A stretch of 64,000 nucleotides of DNA from Thermoanaerobaculia bacterium (GTDB lineage Bacteria > Acidobacteriota > Thermoanaerobaculia > Gp7-AA8), in assembly GCA_035276475.1 (NCBI GenBank), contig DATELQ010000052.1:67-64066 (forward strand), in the 5' to 3' direction. Of this stretch, positions 46,408-56,527 are shown in pieces (position 1 is the stretch's first letter; each line of letters starts with the position of its first letter). The notes beneath the pieces are model-generated. The model was given only the letters and a program-made list of their open reading frames with translations, made no database searches and had not been told where the DNA came from. Made by a program: the position numbers and the translations under genes.

Positions 46408-47025
46408 CTACATCGCCGCGCGCACGGCGGAGTCGAAGTCTTCGTACGTGCGGCCGCCGATGAGCATCCGCTGCGCCCGTCCTTCGCGGTCGAGCACGAG
46501 CGTCGTCGGCCGGCCGCTGTACGCCATCCGCTGGATGCCGGTCGTTGGCGAATCCGAGGTGAAGCGCGCCGTCATCGTCGACTGCGGGTACTTCGCCAGA
46601 TACTTGCGGAGGATCTCCGGCTCCTCGCTCGAGATCGTCAGCACGACGACGCCTTTGCCGCGGTACGCGTCCGCGAGGCGGCTCAAGTCCGGCATCTCCT
46701 TGCGGCACGGCGGGCACCACGTCGCCCAGTAGTTGACGACGACGACGTTGCCGCGCAGGTCGGTGAGGCGGTGGACGTCGCTCGAGTCGAGCATCGTGTA
46801 CTGCACGGTGCTGGTGCGGTGCTCGATGATTTTCGTGACCGTGGTGAAGAACCAGAACGCCAGCGACGCGACGGCGACGACGATGACGACGACGGCGTCG
46901 ATCAGCCAGTGGAACCAGCGCCGCGGGCGCTTGATCGCGGCGAAGATCAAGATGCCGACGATGATGGCGGTGGCGAGGACGGCGAGGTGGTGGTCGGCGA
47001 CGAAGCTGAAGAACTGCTGCTGCAT
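46408..47025 (-). CDS. TlpA family disulfide reductase
   Basis: VNYWATWCPPCRKEMP, two N-terminal TM segments. Confidence 0.9.
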   Translation of the reverse strand: MQQQFFSFVADHHLAVLATAIIVGILIFAAIKRPRRWFHWLIDAVVVIVVAVASLAFWFFTTVTKIIEHRTSTVQYTMLDSSDVHRLTDLRGNVVVVNYWATWCPPCRKEMPDLSRLADAYRGKGVVVLTISSEEPEILRKYLAKYPQSTMTARFTSDSPTTGIQRMAYSGRPTTLVLDREGRAQRMLIGGRTYEDFDSAVRAAM

Positions 47026-47061
47026 GGGATCCGAGTACGGATTTCGCACTTGTGAGTTGCG

Positions 47062-47838
47062 ATGACCACAAAAGCGGCGCCGCGGGCCGGGCTTCGACGC
47101 GCGCTCGATCAAAAGCAGCTCGTTCTCTTCTACCAGCCGATTCACGAGCTGGAGTCGCGCCGCGTCGTGGCCGCCGAGGCACTCTTGCGGGCGCGGCGGC
47201 GCAGCGGCGAGATCCGCAGCGCGGCGGCGCTGGCGAAGGCCGCCGAGGAAGGGCCGGACCTCTATCGCCTCGACTCGTGGCTCATCCGCCGCGCGTTCGA
47301 CGACGCCGCGGCGTGGCAGCGCGACGTCGCGCCGGAGTGCGCACTGCAGGTCAACGTGTCGCCGCGCGAGCTCGACGAGCGCGGACTCTCCACGCGGCTG
47401 CGCAAGCTCGCCAAGCTGACCGGCATCGAACCGCGCATGGTGCGCGTCGAGATCACGGAGACGAGCTTCATCGCCAAGCCGGGCGCCGCGGCGCGCGCGC
47501 TGCGGCAGGTGAAGTCCGTCGGCGTGGAGCTGTGGCTCGACGATTTCGGCACCGGGCATTCGTCGCTGTCACACTTGCTGTCGTTTCCGCTCGACGGGTT
47601 GAAGCTGCCCGCCGAGTTCGTGCAGCCGCTCGGCACCGACGAGCGCGCCTGTTCGTTGGTCCGGCACCTGATCGAGCTCGCGCACGACCTAGGGTTGCGC
47701 GTAACGGCCGAGGGCGTCGAGAACGGCGAGCAGCTCGCGGCGCTGCGGAAGGCGCAGTGCGACTTCGTGCAGGGGTTCCTCTTCTCGAAGCCGATGCCTG
47801 TGGAGCGCTTCCGCGAGTTTCTCAGGCGACCTTGGTGA
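47062..47838 (+). CDS. Stand-alone EAL domain protein
   Basis: YQPI, EALLR, EITE, DDFGTGHSS, EGVE, QGFLFSKP. Confidence 0.92.
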   Translation: MTTKAAPRAGLRRALDQKQLVLFYQPIHELESRRVVAAEALLRARRRSGEIRSAAALAKAAEEGPDLYRLDSWLIRRAFDDAAAWQRDVAPECALQVNVSPRELDERGLSTRLRKLAKLTGIEPRMVRVEITETSFIAKPGAAARALRQVKSVGVELWLDDFGTGHSSLSHLLSFPLDGLKLPAEFVQPLGTDERACSLVRHLIELAHDLGLRVTAEGVENGEQLAALRKAQCDFVQGFLFSKPMPVERFREFLRRPW

Positions 47839-48532
47839 ACCGCGTTTCCTCGGGCGCGTACTCGTCACGGCGGCGGTCGAGGTCGCGCATGACGTTGCGC
47901 TTGAACTGCTCGGCGCCGCCCTTCATCTGCTCGTCGATGTAGTCGGCGATCTCGAGGTTCTCGATGCGCATGCGCACGGTCTTGAAGATGCGCGGCACTT
48001 TGCCGGGGATCTGCACGTGGTGCAGCCCGCCGCTGTAGGCGAGGAGCATGCGCCCTTCGCGAATGGCCAGGAGGATGTCGGCGATGCCGCCGCGCACGGT
48101 CATCGGATTTCCGTGCAGGTCGAGCCCGGTCTCCCTCTTCATCCGCCCCTCGGGCGCGATGATGACCATGGAGCGCGGATCGATTTTGTTGAGGACCTGG
48201 AACCAGGTGTCGTCGCGCTGCCGGGTGATGGCGATGACGTGGTGCGCGACGAATTTGAAGATGAGCCCAACGAGCGGCCGCCCTGTCGTCTTGTCCGCCG
48301 CCGGCACGACGCCGTGCGCGGCGATGCGCCAAATGAAGCGGTTCGGCACACCGCCGAGAAAGACCGGCTCGAAGAGCGAGGTGTGGTTGAGAAAGGCCAC
48401 GAGGCGGAGGCCTTTCCACGGGTCGGGTGGGGTGGGCCCAAGAAAGGCGAAGTCGTGCGAGTAGAAGACCTTCGAGAGGTATTTCAGGATGAGCAGCAGC
48501 GTGAAAACCGTGATGCTCCGGAAGATCCCCAT
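47822..48532 (-). CDS. Lysophospholipid acyltransferase family protein
   Basis: NHTSLFEP, APEGRM. Confidence 0.75.
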   Translation of the reverse strand: MGIFRSITVFTLLLILKYLSKVFYSHDFAFLGPTPPDPWKGLRLVAFLNHTSLFEPVFLGGVPNRFIWRIAAHGVVPAADKTTGRPLVGLIFKFVAHHVIAITRQRDDTWFQVLNKIDPRSMVIIAPEGRMKRETGLDLHGNPMTVRGGIADILLAIREGRMLLAYSGGLHHVQIPGKVPRIFKTVRMRIENLEIADYIDEQMKGGAEQFKRNVMRDLDRRRDEYAPEETRFTKVA

Positions 48533-48577
48533 GCGGCGCCGAAGGGTAGCACAGCGTCTCGTCGTAAGATTGCATCC

Positions 48578-48811
48578 ATGAGCAGCGATTGGCGTGAGCT
48601 CATCCGAGTCGACCCGAACGTCTGTCACGGCCAGGCGTGTGTCGAGGGAACGCGAATTCTGGTTTCGGTAGTGCTCGACAATCTAGCTGCCGGCCTGAAT
48701 GAGGCGGAGATCATTGCGAGCTATCCGCGGCTGACGCACGAGGCGATTCAGGCGTGCATTGCCTACGCGGCCGACCTCGCGCGCGAGCAGGTCGTTCCAT
48801 TCCCGGTATAG
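48578..48811 (+). CDS. DUF433 antitoxin-like protein
   Basis: DPNVCHGQACVEGTRI...YPRLT...ACIAYAA. Confidence 0.9.
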   Translation: MSSDWRELIRVDPNVCHGQACVEGTRILVSVVLDNLAAGLNEAEIIASYPRLTHEAIQACIAYAADLAREQVVPFPV

Positions 48812-48820
48812 CCCGCCGCC

Positions 48821-49174
48821 ATGCAGTTCAAGATCGACGAGAACTTACCTGACGAGTTGTCCGCGCTGCTGCGTGAAAACGGTTGGGATTCCACGACAAT
48901 TGTCGAGCAGGACATCAGCGGCGCCGACGATCCCAAAGTCGCGAGCGTATGCGACGGAGAAGATCGGATTCTGATCACGTTTGACACCGGCTTCGCAAAC
49001 ATTCGTGCCTATCCGCCTGCCGATCACCCGGGCTATATCGTCTTTCGCCTCGCCCACCAGGACAAGCCGCACGTACTGCGAATCGCCGCGCAAGTCGTGG
49101 CCAAACTGCGCGACCGCGGACTGCGCAATGAGTTGTGGGTTGTGGACGAGAGCCGGATTCGAATTCGGTGGTGA
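48821..49174 (+). CDS. DUF5615 PIN-like toxin
   Basis: FKIDENLP, RILITFDTGF; follows DUF433. Confidence 0.88.
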   Translation: MQFKIDENLPDELSALLRENGWDSTTIVEQDISGADDPKVASVCDGEDRILITFDTGFANIRAYPPADHPGYIVFRLAHQDKPHVLRIAAQVVAKLRDRGLRNELWVVDESRIRIRW

Positions 49175-49873
49175 TCACGCGCCCAGGAACTCCCGCGCGA
49201 ACCTCGGCCCCCTCCCCTCGTCCTCGTGCTTGAAGAAGACGAAGGCCTCGTCCCACGGCTGGGCCTCGATGCGCTGGCGCCACTCGGCGAGCATCTCGGG
49301 CGTGTACTCGGTGCGGCGGAGGCGCAGGTAGCCCCACGTCGCCGTCGGCACGATGAGCGCGGCGGGGTCGGTCACCTCGTCCGTGTCGGACAGGCAGATC
49401 GCGGCGTTGTGCTCGCGCAGGACGGCGTAGACCTCGTCGTCGAGCCACGAGTCGTCGAGAAACTCCATCACCACGCGCGCCGTGGCGGGAATCATCGGGA
49501 GAAACGAGCGCAGCGCCTCCGTGTCCTTCTGCAGGAATGCCGGAAGCCGGAACAGCAGCGGCCCGAGCCGCGGGCCGAGCGTCGCCGCCACCTCCCAGAA
49601 GCGGGCCACGCCCGCGCCGGCGTTGACGAGCGTTTTCTGCTGCGTGATCCACCGCGGCGCCTTCAACGCAAAGAGGAACGACTCCGGCACCTGGGCCATC
49701 CACTTCTCGAACATCGACGGCTGCGGCATGCGATAGAACGTGGCGTTGATCTCGACCGTGTCGAATTGCCCGGCGTAGAACGCGAGCATCTTCGACGCCG
49801 GCATCCCCTCGGGATAGAAATTTCCCTTCCACTCCGCGTAGCTGTAGCCGCTCGTGCCGACGTGCAGCCGCAT
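49175..49873 (-). CDS. DUF72 family protein
   Basis: GTSGYSY, VEINATFY, FALKAPRWIT. Confidence 0.92.
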   Translation of the reverse strand: MRLHVGTSGYSYAEWKGNFYPEGMPASKMLAFYAGQFDTVEINATFYRMPQPSMFEKWMAQVPESFLFALKAPRWITQQKTLVNAGAGVARFWEVAATLGPRLGPLLFRLPAFLQKDTEALRSFLPMIPATARVVMEFLDDSWLDDEVYAVLREHNAAICLSDTDEVTDPAALIVPTATWGYLRLRRTEYTPEMLAEWRQRIEAQPWDEAFVFFKHEDEGRGPRFAREFLGA

Positions 49874-50099
49874 GAGCGAAACTATACGCGTGCGAGTTGC
49901 GCTCGTTCACACGGCCAGCGACAGCGAAGCGGCGGCGGTCGAGCGCGCGCTGACGGACGCCGGCATCGACTACGAGCTGCGCCTCGAGCCGAAGCTCGAC
50001 AGCGACGGCCCCTGTCTCCTCGGGCTGCTCTTCTCCGTCGAAGAAGAAGACGCCGCGCGCGGCCGCGAGCTGCTCGCCGCGGAAGGGATCATTCGATGA
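49872..50099 (+). CDS. Small hypothetical protein (DUF2007-like)
   Basis: EAAAVERALTDAGI...VEEEDAARGRELL; ATGA coupling to the next gene. Confidence 0.65.
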   Translation: MSETIRVRVALVHTASDSEAAAVERALTDAGIDYELRLEPKLDSDGPCLLGLLFSVEEEDAARGRELLAAEGIIR

Positions 50100-51460
50100 A
50101 GCTGCTCCTCGTTCTCCTGATCGCGCTGCCGCAGCAGTTCGGCACGATCTCGTTTCCCAACAGCGGCAAGCCGGAAGCGCAGGAGCCGTTCCTGCGCGGC
50201 GTGCTGCTGCTGCACAACTTCGCCTATCCGCAGGCGGCGCGCGCGTTCGAGGAGGCGGAGCGCATCGATCCGAATTTCGCGCTCGCCTACTGGGGCGAAG
50301 CGATGACGTACAACCACCCGATCTGGTACGAGGTCGATCTCGACCGCGGGCGCGACGCGGTCAAACGCGCGCAGCGCGCCGGAGGCGGACCGTGGATCGA
50401 CGCGGTGGCACAACTCTACGGCGAAGGCGACAAGGCGGCGCGCGACGCCGCGTACGAGCAGGCCATGGCGCGCCTCGCCGCGGCGAACCCGAACGACGTC
50501 GAGGCGCAGGTCTTCCACGCGCTGGCAATCCTCGGCACGGTCGGCCGCGACGAGGTCGACGCGCGCAAACGCATCCGTGCGGCCGCGCTGCTCGAGCCGA
50601 TCTTCGCGACGCACCGCGATCATCCCGGCGCGCTGCACTATCTGATTCACGCGTACGACGATCCGCTGCACGCGCCGCTCGGCCTCCGTGCCGCGCAGCG
50701 CTACGCCGGCGTCGCCTCGGGCGCCCCGCACGCGCTGCACATGCCGTCGCACATCTTCGTGCAGCTCGGGATGTGGCCCGAGGCGGCGAAGGCGAACGAG
50801 GCGGCGTACGCGCAGTCGCAGGAGTGGGTGACACGCGAGCACGCCGCGAGCGACAAGCGCGACCTGCACAGCCTCTCGTGGCTGCAGTACGCGTATCTGC
50901 AGATGCACCGCGCCGCCGACGCGCGGCGGCTGCTCGACGAGGTGCCGGCGAAGGAGGGCGAGGGGATGCGCGAGCGGCACACGCGCGAGTCGATGCAGGC
51001 GCGCTACGCGATCGAGAGCGGTGACTGGGGCGCGTTCGACTTCGCCGGAGCGCACGAGCCGGCGGCGATCTTCGCGCGCGGCCTGCGCGCGGTCGCGGCG
51101 AACGATGCGGCCGAGGCGGAGCGCGCGGCGAAGGAGCTGACGGCGGCGGGAAAGGAGCGCAGCGACGTCGAGGCCCGCACGGCCACGACGATGGAGCAGG
51201 AGCTGCGCGCGTCGATGGCGATGGCGCGCGGCGACACGGCGTCGGCGCTGCGCATGGCCGCGCAGGCGGCGCAGACGGAGGAGACGCTCGGCGTGCCGTC
51301 CGGGCCGCCCGATACGTTCAAGCCGGCCCGCGAGCTGTACGGCGAGCTGCTGCTCCGCGCGGGAAAGAAGAAAGAGGCGGCGGAGCAGTTCCGCATTGCC
51401 CTGACGCGGACGCCAAACCGCGCGGCATCGCTGGCGGGACTGGCGGCGGCGGAGCAATGA
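50096..51460 (+). CDS. Secreted TPR-containing protein
   Basis: Signal peptide; LLHNFAY, ALAYWGEAM, HPGALHYLIHAYD, HALHMPSHIF. Confidence 0.85.
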   Translation: MKLLLVLLIALPQQFGTISFPNSGKPEAQEPFLRGVLLLHNFAYPQAARAFEEAERIDPNFALAYWGEAMTYNHPIWYEVDLDRGRDAVKRAQRAGGGPWIDAVAQLYGEGDKAARDAAYEQAMARLAAANPNDVEAQVFHALAILGTVGRDEVDARKRIRAAALLEPIFATHRDHPGALHYLIHAYDDPLHAPLGLRAAQRYAGVASGAPHALHMPSHIFVQLGMWPEAAKANEAAYAQSQEWVTREHAASDKRDLHSLSWLQYAYLQMHRAADARRLLDEVPAKEGEGMRERHTRESMQARYAIESGDWGAFDFAGAHEPAAIFARGLRAVAANDAAEAERAAKELTAAGKERSDVEARTATTMEQELRASMAMARGDTASALRMAAQAAQTEETLGVPSGPPDTFKPARELYGELLLRAGKKKEAAEQFRIALTRTPNRAASLAGLAAAEQ

Positions 51461-51464
51461 CGCG

Positions 51465-51884
51465 TCAGCGCGGGTGGCAGTAGTCGCCGACGGCGGTGTA
51501 GACCTGCGTGCAGGTCTGATCGCCGGCGAGGTTTCGTTTCCCGCACTCAGCCGTCGCCCACTTCGCCGTGTCGATGATGCCGCTCGGCACCTGGTCGCAC
51601 CACCCCGCCGGCGCGGTCGATGCCTTGAGGCACGCCGAGGCGAATACGCGCGTGCGGATCTGGCCGCTGAAGCTGCGGTCGGCGCGGCGCAGCGCCTCGT
51701 CGATGCAGTCGTTCGGCGCCTTGCCGGCGCCAAACTCGGCGCCTTCTTTCTGCATCTTCTCGGCGGAGGCGCGGAGCTCCGGTCCGTGAGCCTTGAGCGC
51801 GCGGTAGCCGACGACGCCGATCACCACGATGATCAGCACGAACACGGCGACGAGGATGAGGATGATCTTCAACCAGCCCGGCAT
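51465..51884 (-). CDS. Membrane-anchored Cys-rich hypothetical protein
   Basis: N-terminal TM segment; six Cys in the soluble part; TATTAT 6 nt before the ATG. Confidence 0.75.
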   Translation of the reverse strand: MPGWLKIILILVAVFVLIIVVIGVVGYRALKAHGPELRASAEKMQKEGAEFGAGKAPNDCIDEALRRADRSFSGQIRTRVFASACLKASTAPAGWCDQVPSGIIDTAKWATAECGKRNLAGDQTCTQVYTAVGDYCHPR

Positions 51885-51901
51885 GGACGAATAATACGCT
51901 C

Positions 51902-52678
51902 GTGAACTTCGACAAGGCGATTGCGGCGATCGACGCGGGCGACGTGGCCACCCTGGAGCGCTTGCTCGCCGACGATCCCCGCCTGGCGCGCGAGCGCCTC
52001 GACGAGCCGACCGAGGGCTACTTCGCGCGGCCGTACCTCTTGTGGTTCGTCGCGGAGAATCCGATTCGGAATGAGACGCTGCCGCCGAACATCGTCGAGG
52101 TGACGCGGGCCATTCTCCGCGCCGCGCCGCACGAGCAGGAGGTGCTCGACTACGCGGTCGAACTGGTGGCGACGGGGCGCGTGCCGCGCGAGTGCGGCGT
52201 ACAGATCGCGCTGATCGACGCATTGATCGACGCCGGCGCCCACCCCAGCGGCTTGCACATCACGCTCGCGCATCGAGAGATGGACGCGGCGAAGCACCTC
52301 CTCGCCCGCGGCGCCGAGCTCACGCTCGCCGCCGCGATCTGCCTCGGCCGGCGCGATGACGTAGAACGCCTCGCCAAGACGCCGCAGGACCTGCAGACCG
52401 CCGTCGCCGCCGCCGCGTTCTATGGCGACGCCGAGGCGCTGCGGCTGCTGATCGGCCTCGGCGCCGACATCAACGCCTACTGCCCCGCCGGTTTCCACGC
52501 GCACTCGACGCCGCTGCACCAGGCCGTCTACTCCGGCTCGCTGGAGGCGGTGAAGGTGCTGGTCGAAGCCGGCGCCGACAGAACGGCGCGCGATCGCATG
52601 TACGACGGGACGCCGCGCGGGTGGGCGGAGTACTGCAAGCAAGGGGAGATCGCGGAGTATTTACTTCAGCTTCAGTGA
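51902..52678 (+). CDS. Ankyrin repeat protein
   Basis: TPLHQAVYSGSLEAVKVLVEAGAD, LIGLGADIN. Confidence 0.88.
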   Translation: MNFDKAIAAIDAGDVATLERLLADDPRLARERLDEPTEGYFARPYLLWFVAENPIRNETLPPNIVEVTRAILRAAPHEQEVLDYAVELVATGRVPRECGVQIALIDALIDAGAHPSGLHITLAHREMDAAKHLLARGAELTLAAAICLGRRDDVERLAKTPQDLQTAVAAAAFYGDAEALRLLIGLGADINAYCPAGFHAHSTPLHQAVYSGSLEAVKVLVEAGADRTARDRMYDGTPRGWAEYCKQGEIAEYLLQLQ

Positions 52679-53059
52679 GGGACGAAACGGGGACTCCGGG
52701 CGCGGCGCGAGCGTCTGTCGACCCGGATCGACGATGAGGTCGAGCCGCTCCAGGACGAGTTGGCCGATGAGCGGTTCGCATTCGGGCGGGCCGACGAGAC
52801 AGTCGGTGTCCATCTGGCGGTCGCCGATCGTGAGTGACAGAAATCGCGCGCGAGGCAGCTCGATCTTCTGTTCGTTGGCCAGCGTCACGGTGATATTGCC
52901 GTCGAGGGGCAAGCCGAGCGCCTCCACGAGATCCTGCGGAATGAGCGTCATGACCGCGCCTGTATCGACAAGCGCGTCGATCTCAATGCGTCGCGGCGTC
53001 TTCTTCAGCCAGGCGTCGCTCTCGTTTTCGAGAATCACGTGCGCGCGGACTTCACCCAT
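52661..53059 (-). CDS. Clan AA (retropepsin-like) aspartic protease
   Basis: ALVDTGA, PLIGQLVLERLDL. Confidence 0.88.
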   Translation of the reverse strand: MGEVRAHVILENESDAWLKKTPRRIEIDALVDTGAVMTLIPQDLVEALGLPLDGNITVTLANEQKIELPRARFLSLTIGDRQMDTDCLVGPPECEPLIGQLVLERLDLIVDPGRQTLAPRPESPFRPSLKLK

Positions 53060-53070
53060 CGCACATCATT

Positions 53071-53970
53071 CTATTGTGCCGCATGCTTCGACGCCGCCCT
53101 CACCTCGATCTGCCCCTCCCGCACCTGCACCTCGAAGCACCGTGCCGGGAACGTCGTCGGGCCATTGACCACGTGCCCGTCTGCGAGCGCCAGCTCCGAC
53201 TGATGCCACGGGCACTGGATGGCGTCGCCGACGAGCTTCCCCTCGGAGAGCGGGCCGCCGAGGTGGGGGCAGGTCTCGGTGATGGCGAAGATCTGGCCGT
53301 TGCGCTTCACGAGCAGGATGGCCACCCCCTCGGCCGTCACGCGGGTGGGGGTATCGGGGGCCAGCGCGGACTCGGCGAGGACGGGGACGAACGACTCGGG
53401 CTTCTTGTTGTCCGCGGTCGCGGTGTGGTCGACGCCGATCTGCTCGCCGAAGACCAAGTGCCCGCCGAGGTACGCCGAGACCATGCCGACGGCGTAGCCG
53501 AGCATCGACAGCGCGACGGCGCTTTGGCGCGAGTCCTTCCGCTTCCGCATCACGTACGACGTCGCGTACATCCCGGCGGCGGCGAGATTCAGCACGCCGT
53601 GCGCGAGGCCGACGCGTTTGCCGCGGTCGTCCGTCTCGGACCAGTCGGTGAGGCCGGTGATCGCCGAGCCGACCGCGCCGAGCAGGCCGAGGGCCACGGC
53701 AGCGTCGGCGCTGTCGCGGAACTCGCGGCGGCCGCTCAGGCTCTCCATGGCGTCGAGCACCAGCGCCGCGGTCCAGGCGCCGAGCGGCACGTCCGTGATG
53801 GCCGGGTGCAGCGGGTGGCCGAGCCACGTGCCGTGCAAGATGTTTTTCACTTCCCGAGGCAGCGCGCCGCGCACCGCTTTCTGCAGCACGTTGGCAAGCT
53901 CCTCGAGTCCCGGCTGGCGCGAGATGGCGTTGATGAGCCCTTCGTATCCCATGCGCCGTGGGGCGTTCAC
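53071..53970 (-). CDS. DUF2231 membrane domain fused to a Rieske 2Fe-2S domain
   Basis: GHPLHPAITDVPLGAW; CPHLGG and CPWH. Confidence 0.9.
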   Translation of the reverse strand: MNAPRRMGYEGLINAISRQPGLEELANVLQKAVRGALPREVKNILHGTWLGHPLHPAITDVPLGAWTAALVLDAMESLSGRREFRDSADAAVALGLLGAVGSAITGLTDWSETDDRGKRVGLAHGVLNLAAAGMYATSYVMRKRKDSRQSAVALSMLGYAVGMVSAYLGGHLVFGEQIGVDHTATADNKKPESFVPVLAESALAPDTPTRVTAEGVAILLVKRNGQIFAITETCPHLGGPLSEGKLVGDAIQCPWHQSELALADGHVVNGPTTFPARCFEVQVREGQIEVRAASKHAAQ

Positions 53971-54740
53971 GTTTGGTGCCGGTCGCAGGAGTACGTCGTG
54001 CGGCCGAACACGACCGACTTCACGACCGTCCCGCCGCAGCGGGGGCAGCGCGCTCCCTCCTCACGGTGGTGGATCAGGTAGCGCGGCGGATAGTCGCAAT
54101 CGGCCTCCTTGAGATCGATCACCGTCAGCAGGATCTTGCGCATCGTCGTGAAGATCGTGGCGACGTCCGAGGGAGAGAGGCGGTCGACCGGGCGGCGCGG
54201 CGCGATCGACGATTGGAACAGCGTCTCGTCCGCGTACAGATTGCCGATGCCCGCGATCACGTCCTGCGACATCAGCGTCGACTTCACCGCACCGCGGCGC
54301 GGTGCGAGGAGGCGGCGGAACTCCGGAAGCCGCAACGACAACGGATCGGGTCCGAGGGCGTGCTGCTCGATGTAGGCGTCGGGATCCGGAATCGTGTCGA
54401 CCACGCCGAAGAGGCGCATGTCCTCGAAGGCCAACGACGCGCCATTTTCGAAGTCGAAGATCACGCGGGCGAAGCGAGGCGGGGAATCGACGTAGTACGA
54501 GAGATCCCCCGTCATCCCGAAGTGCAGATGCAGCCAGAGTCCGCCCGCGTCGGCGAAGAGGTGCTTCCCGTGCCGGCGCACGCCCGTGAACGTGTGCCCG
54601 CGGAGCATGCGCGCGAACGCGTCCTTGCGCACGGCGCCGAGGATCCGCTCGTCGAGCACGCGCACCTTGGCGATCCGCTGCCCCAGCGCGTGGCGCGCGA
54701 AGTAGCGCCCGTAGAGCTCGACCTCGGGGAGTTCAGGCAT
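53967..54740 (-). CDS. Fpg/Nei family DNA glycosylase
   Basis: MPELPEVE, RHGK, HFGMTG, GIGNLYADE, zinc finger CPRC...CDRH. Confidence 0.93.
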   Translation of the reverse strand: MPELPEVELYGRYFARHALGQRIAKVRVLDERILGAVRKDAFARMLRGHTFTGVRRHGKHLFADAGGLWLHLHFGMTGDLSYYVDSPPRFARVIFDFENGASLAFEDMRLFGVVDTIPDPDAYIEQHALGPDPLSLRLPEFRRLLAPRRGAVKSTLMSQDVIAGIGNLYADETLFQSSIAPRRPVDRLSPSDVATIFTTMRKILLTVIDLKEADCDYPPRYLIHHREEGARCPRCGGTVVKSVVFGRTTYSCDRHQT

Positions 54741-54746
54741 TACTGA

Positions 54747-54769
54747 GGGCGCACGCCGTGCGCCCCTAC
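54747..54769 (-). repeat. GTAG-type REP-like palindrome providing the DUF885 stop codon
   Basis: GTAGGGGCGCAC-ggc-GTGCGCCC; its TAG is the stop at 54766-54768. Confidence 0.7.
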
Positions 54770-56517
54770 TTGAACCTTGCTTCGAGCACGTCCAGCGGCA
54801 CGGGACCGGAGTCGAGCACCGCGTCGTGGAACGCGCGGATGTCGAACTTGTCGCCGAGCTTCTGCTTCTGCTTCTCGCGCAGCTCCAGGATCTTGAGCTG
54901 CCCGATCTTGTAGCCCAAGGCCTGGCCGGGCCAGACGATGTAGCGGTCCGTCTCGTTCTGAACCTCGACCTCGTCCTGCGCGGAGTGGTCGTGGAAGAAC
55001 TGCACGACCTGCTCGCGCGTCCACTTCTTCGAGTGCAGCCCCGTGTCGACCACCAGCCGGATCGCGCGGAGCATCTCGTCCTGCAGGCGGCCGTAGTCGT
55101 TCCACGGATCCTGGTAGAAGCCGACCTCCTTGCCGAGGCGCTCGGAGTAGAGCGCCCACCCCTCGACGTACGCCGTGAAGTTGAGGAGGTGCTTGCGGAA
55201 GTCGGGGAGGCCGGTGACCTCCTGGGCGATGGCGATCTGCATGTGATGGCCGGGGACGCCCTCGTGGTACGCCGTCGACTCCATGGTGATGGTCTTGCGC
55301 GACTGCGGCTCACTCGTGTTCACCTCGACGCGGCCGGGGCGCGAGCCGTCGGGCGCGCCGGGCTGGTACTCCGCGCCGGGTGCTTCCTTCTCGCGGAACG
55401 CCTCGGTCGGCACGACGATGACCTTCGCGCGCGGCAGGCGGCCGAAGAGCTGCGGCAGCTTCGCGTACATCTGGTCGATGTAGTGCCGATAGAGATCGAG
55501 GATCTGCTCGCGCGACTTGGGGTGAAGGTCCGGGTTCTCGTCGGCCGCCTTCTGCACCGACTTGAGATCGTTGTATCCGAGGCGCTTCGCGACCTGGAGA
55601 AGCTCGCCCTCGATGCGGGCCACTTCGCGCAGGCCGATCTCGTGGATCTGATCGGCGGTGAGATTCGTGGTCGTGCTCTCGCGAATGCGGACGTTGTAGC
55701 GGTGCACGCCGTCGGGCAGTGCCCACATCCCCACCTCGGTGCGGCCGTGCGGCGCGTACTCGTCCTTCACGAAGGCCGCGAATTTCTTATACGCCGGCAG
55801 CACGCCGTCTTTGATCGCGGAGAGGAAGTCGGCGCGGATGCGCGCGCGGTCCGCCTCGGAGATCGACTCCGGGAACGACGCCAGCGGCTGCGCGAACGGC
55901 GTCTTCTCCGGCTCCTGCGCCGCGATCGCGGCCGACTGCGCCGCCACTTTCTCGAGCAGGAACTTCGGCGGCATGAGGCGGTCCTTCATCCCCTTGCGCA
56001 TCGCCGCGATGGTGTCGTCCATCTGCTTGGGAAACCCGCGCATGCGCTTGACGTAGTCGTCGTAGTCCTTCGCGCTCGTGAAGGTGAGGAGCGACGGGAA
56101 CTGCGCGGCGCCGAGGTGGATGCCGCTGATCTGCGTGACCGGCATCTCCCAATCTTTCATGTCGAAGTCAGCGATGCCCTCGCGGAGCATGTGCAGCATC
56201 AGGACTTTGTTGAGCTTTTCCTGCTCGGAGAAGCCGGTGGTGTCGACGGCCTCGACGCGCGGAATGAAGCGCCGGAACCCTGCGATGTCCCTGCGCTGCC
56301 CGGCCTCGGAGAGGTCCTGGACCTTGTCGTTGTAGCGCTTGTCGCCGAGGATCGAGGCGAACTCCGGGTACACGCGCATCGTGTACTCCCAATGCTCGTG
56401 CATCAGGTCCTCGAGCGCTTTGCGGCGCTTGTCGAGGTCTGAGGCGGAGAGCTCGGCGGCGGTGAGTTGCGACACGATGAGAATCGACGCGAGGAACGCG
56501 ACCGCGAATTTTTGCAT
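54766..56517 (-). CDS. DUF885 family protein
   Basis: Signal peptide; YHEGVPGHHMQ, EGWALYSE, RLVVDTGLH, PGQALGYKIG. Confidence 0.93.
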   Translation of the reverse strand: MQKFAVAFLASILIVSQLTAAELSASDLDKRRKALEDLMHEHWEYTMRVYPEFASILGDKRYNDKVQDLSEAGQRRDIAGFRRFIPRVEAVDTTGFSEQEKLNKVLMLHMLREGIADFDMKDWEMPVTQISGIHLGAAQFPSLLTFTSAKDYDDYVKRMRGFPKQMDDTIAAMRKGMKDRLMPPKFLLEKVAAQSAAIAAQEPEKTPFAQPLASFPESISEADRARIRADFLSAIKDGVLPAYKKFAAFVKDEYAPHGRTEVGMWALPDGVHRYNVRIRESTTTNLTADQIHEIGLREVARIEGELLQVAKRLGYNDLKSVQKAADENPDLHPKSREQILDLYRHYIDQMYAKLPQLFGRLPRAKVIVVPTEAFREKEAPGAEYQPGAPDGSRPGRVEVNTSEPQSRKTITMESTAYHEGVPGHHMQIAIAQEVTGLPDFRKHLLNFTAYVEGWALYSERLGKEVGFYQDPWNDYGRLQDEMLRAIRLVVDTGLHSKKWTREQVVQFFHDHSAQDEVEVQNETDRYIVWPGQALGYKIGQLKILELREKQKQKLGDKFDIRAFHDAVLDSGPVPLDVLEARFK

Positions 56518-56527
56518 GCGCGTCAAT

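Noticed and set aside
53967-55313. 448-aa extended Fpg ORF
   Set aside because: Fpg requires an N-terminal Pro (MPELPEV at 54740); the extension is an off-frame read of DUF885.
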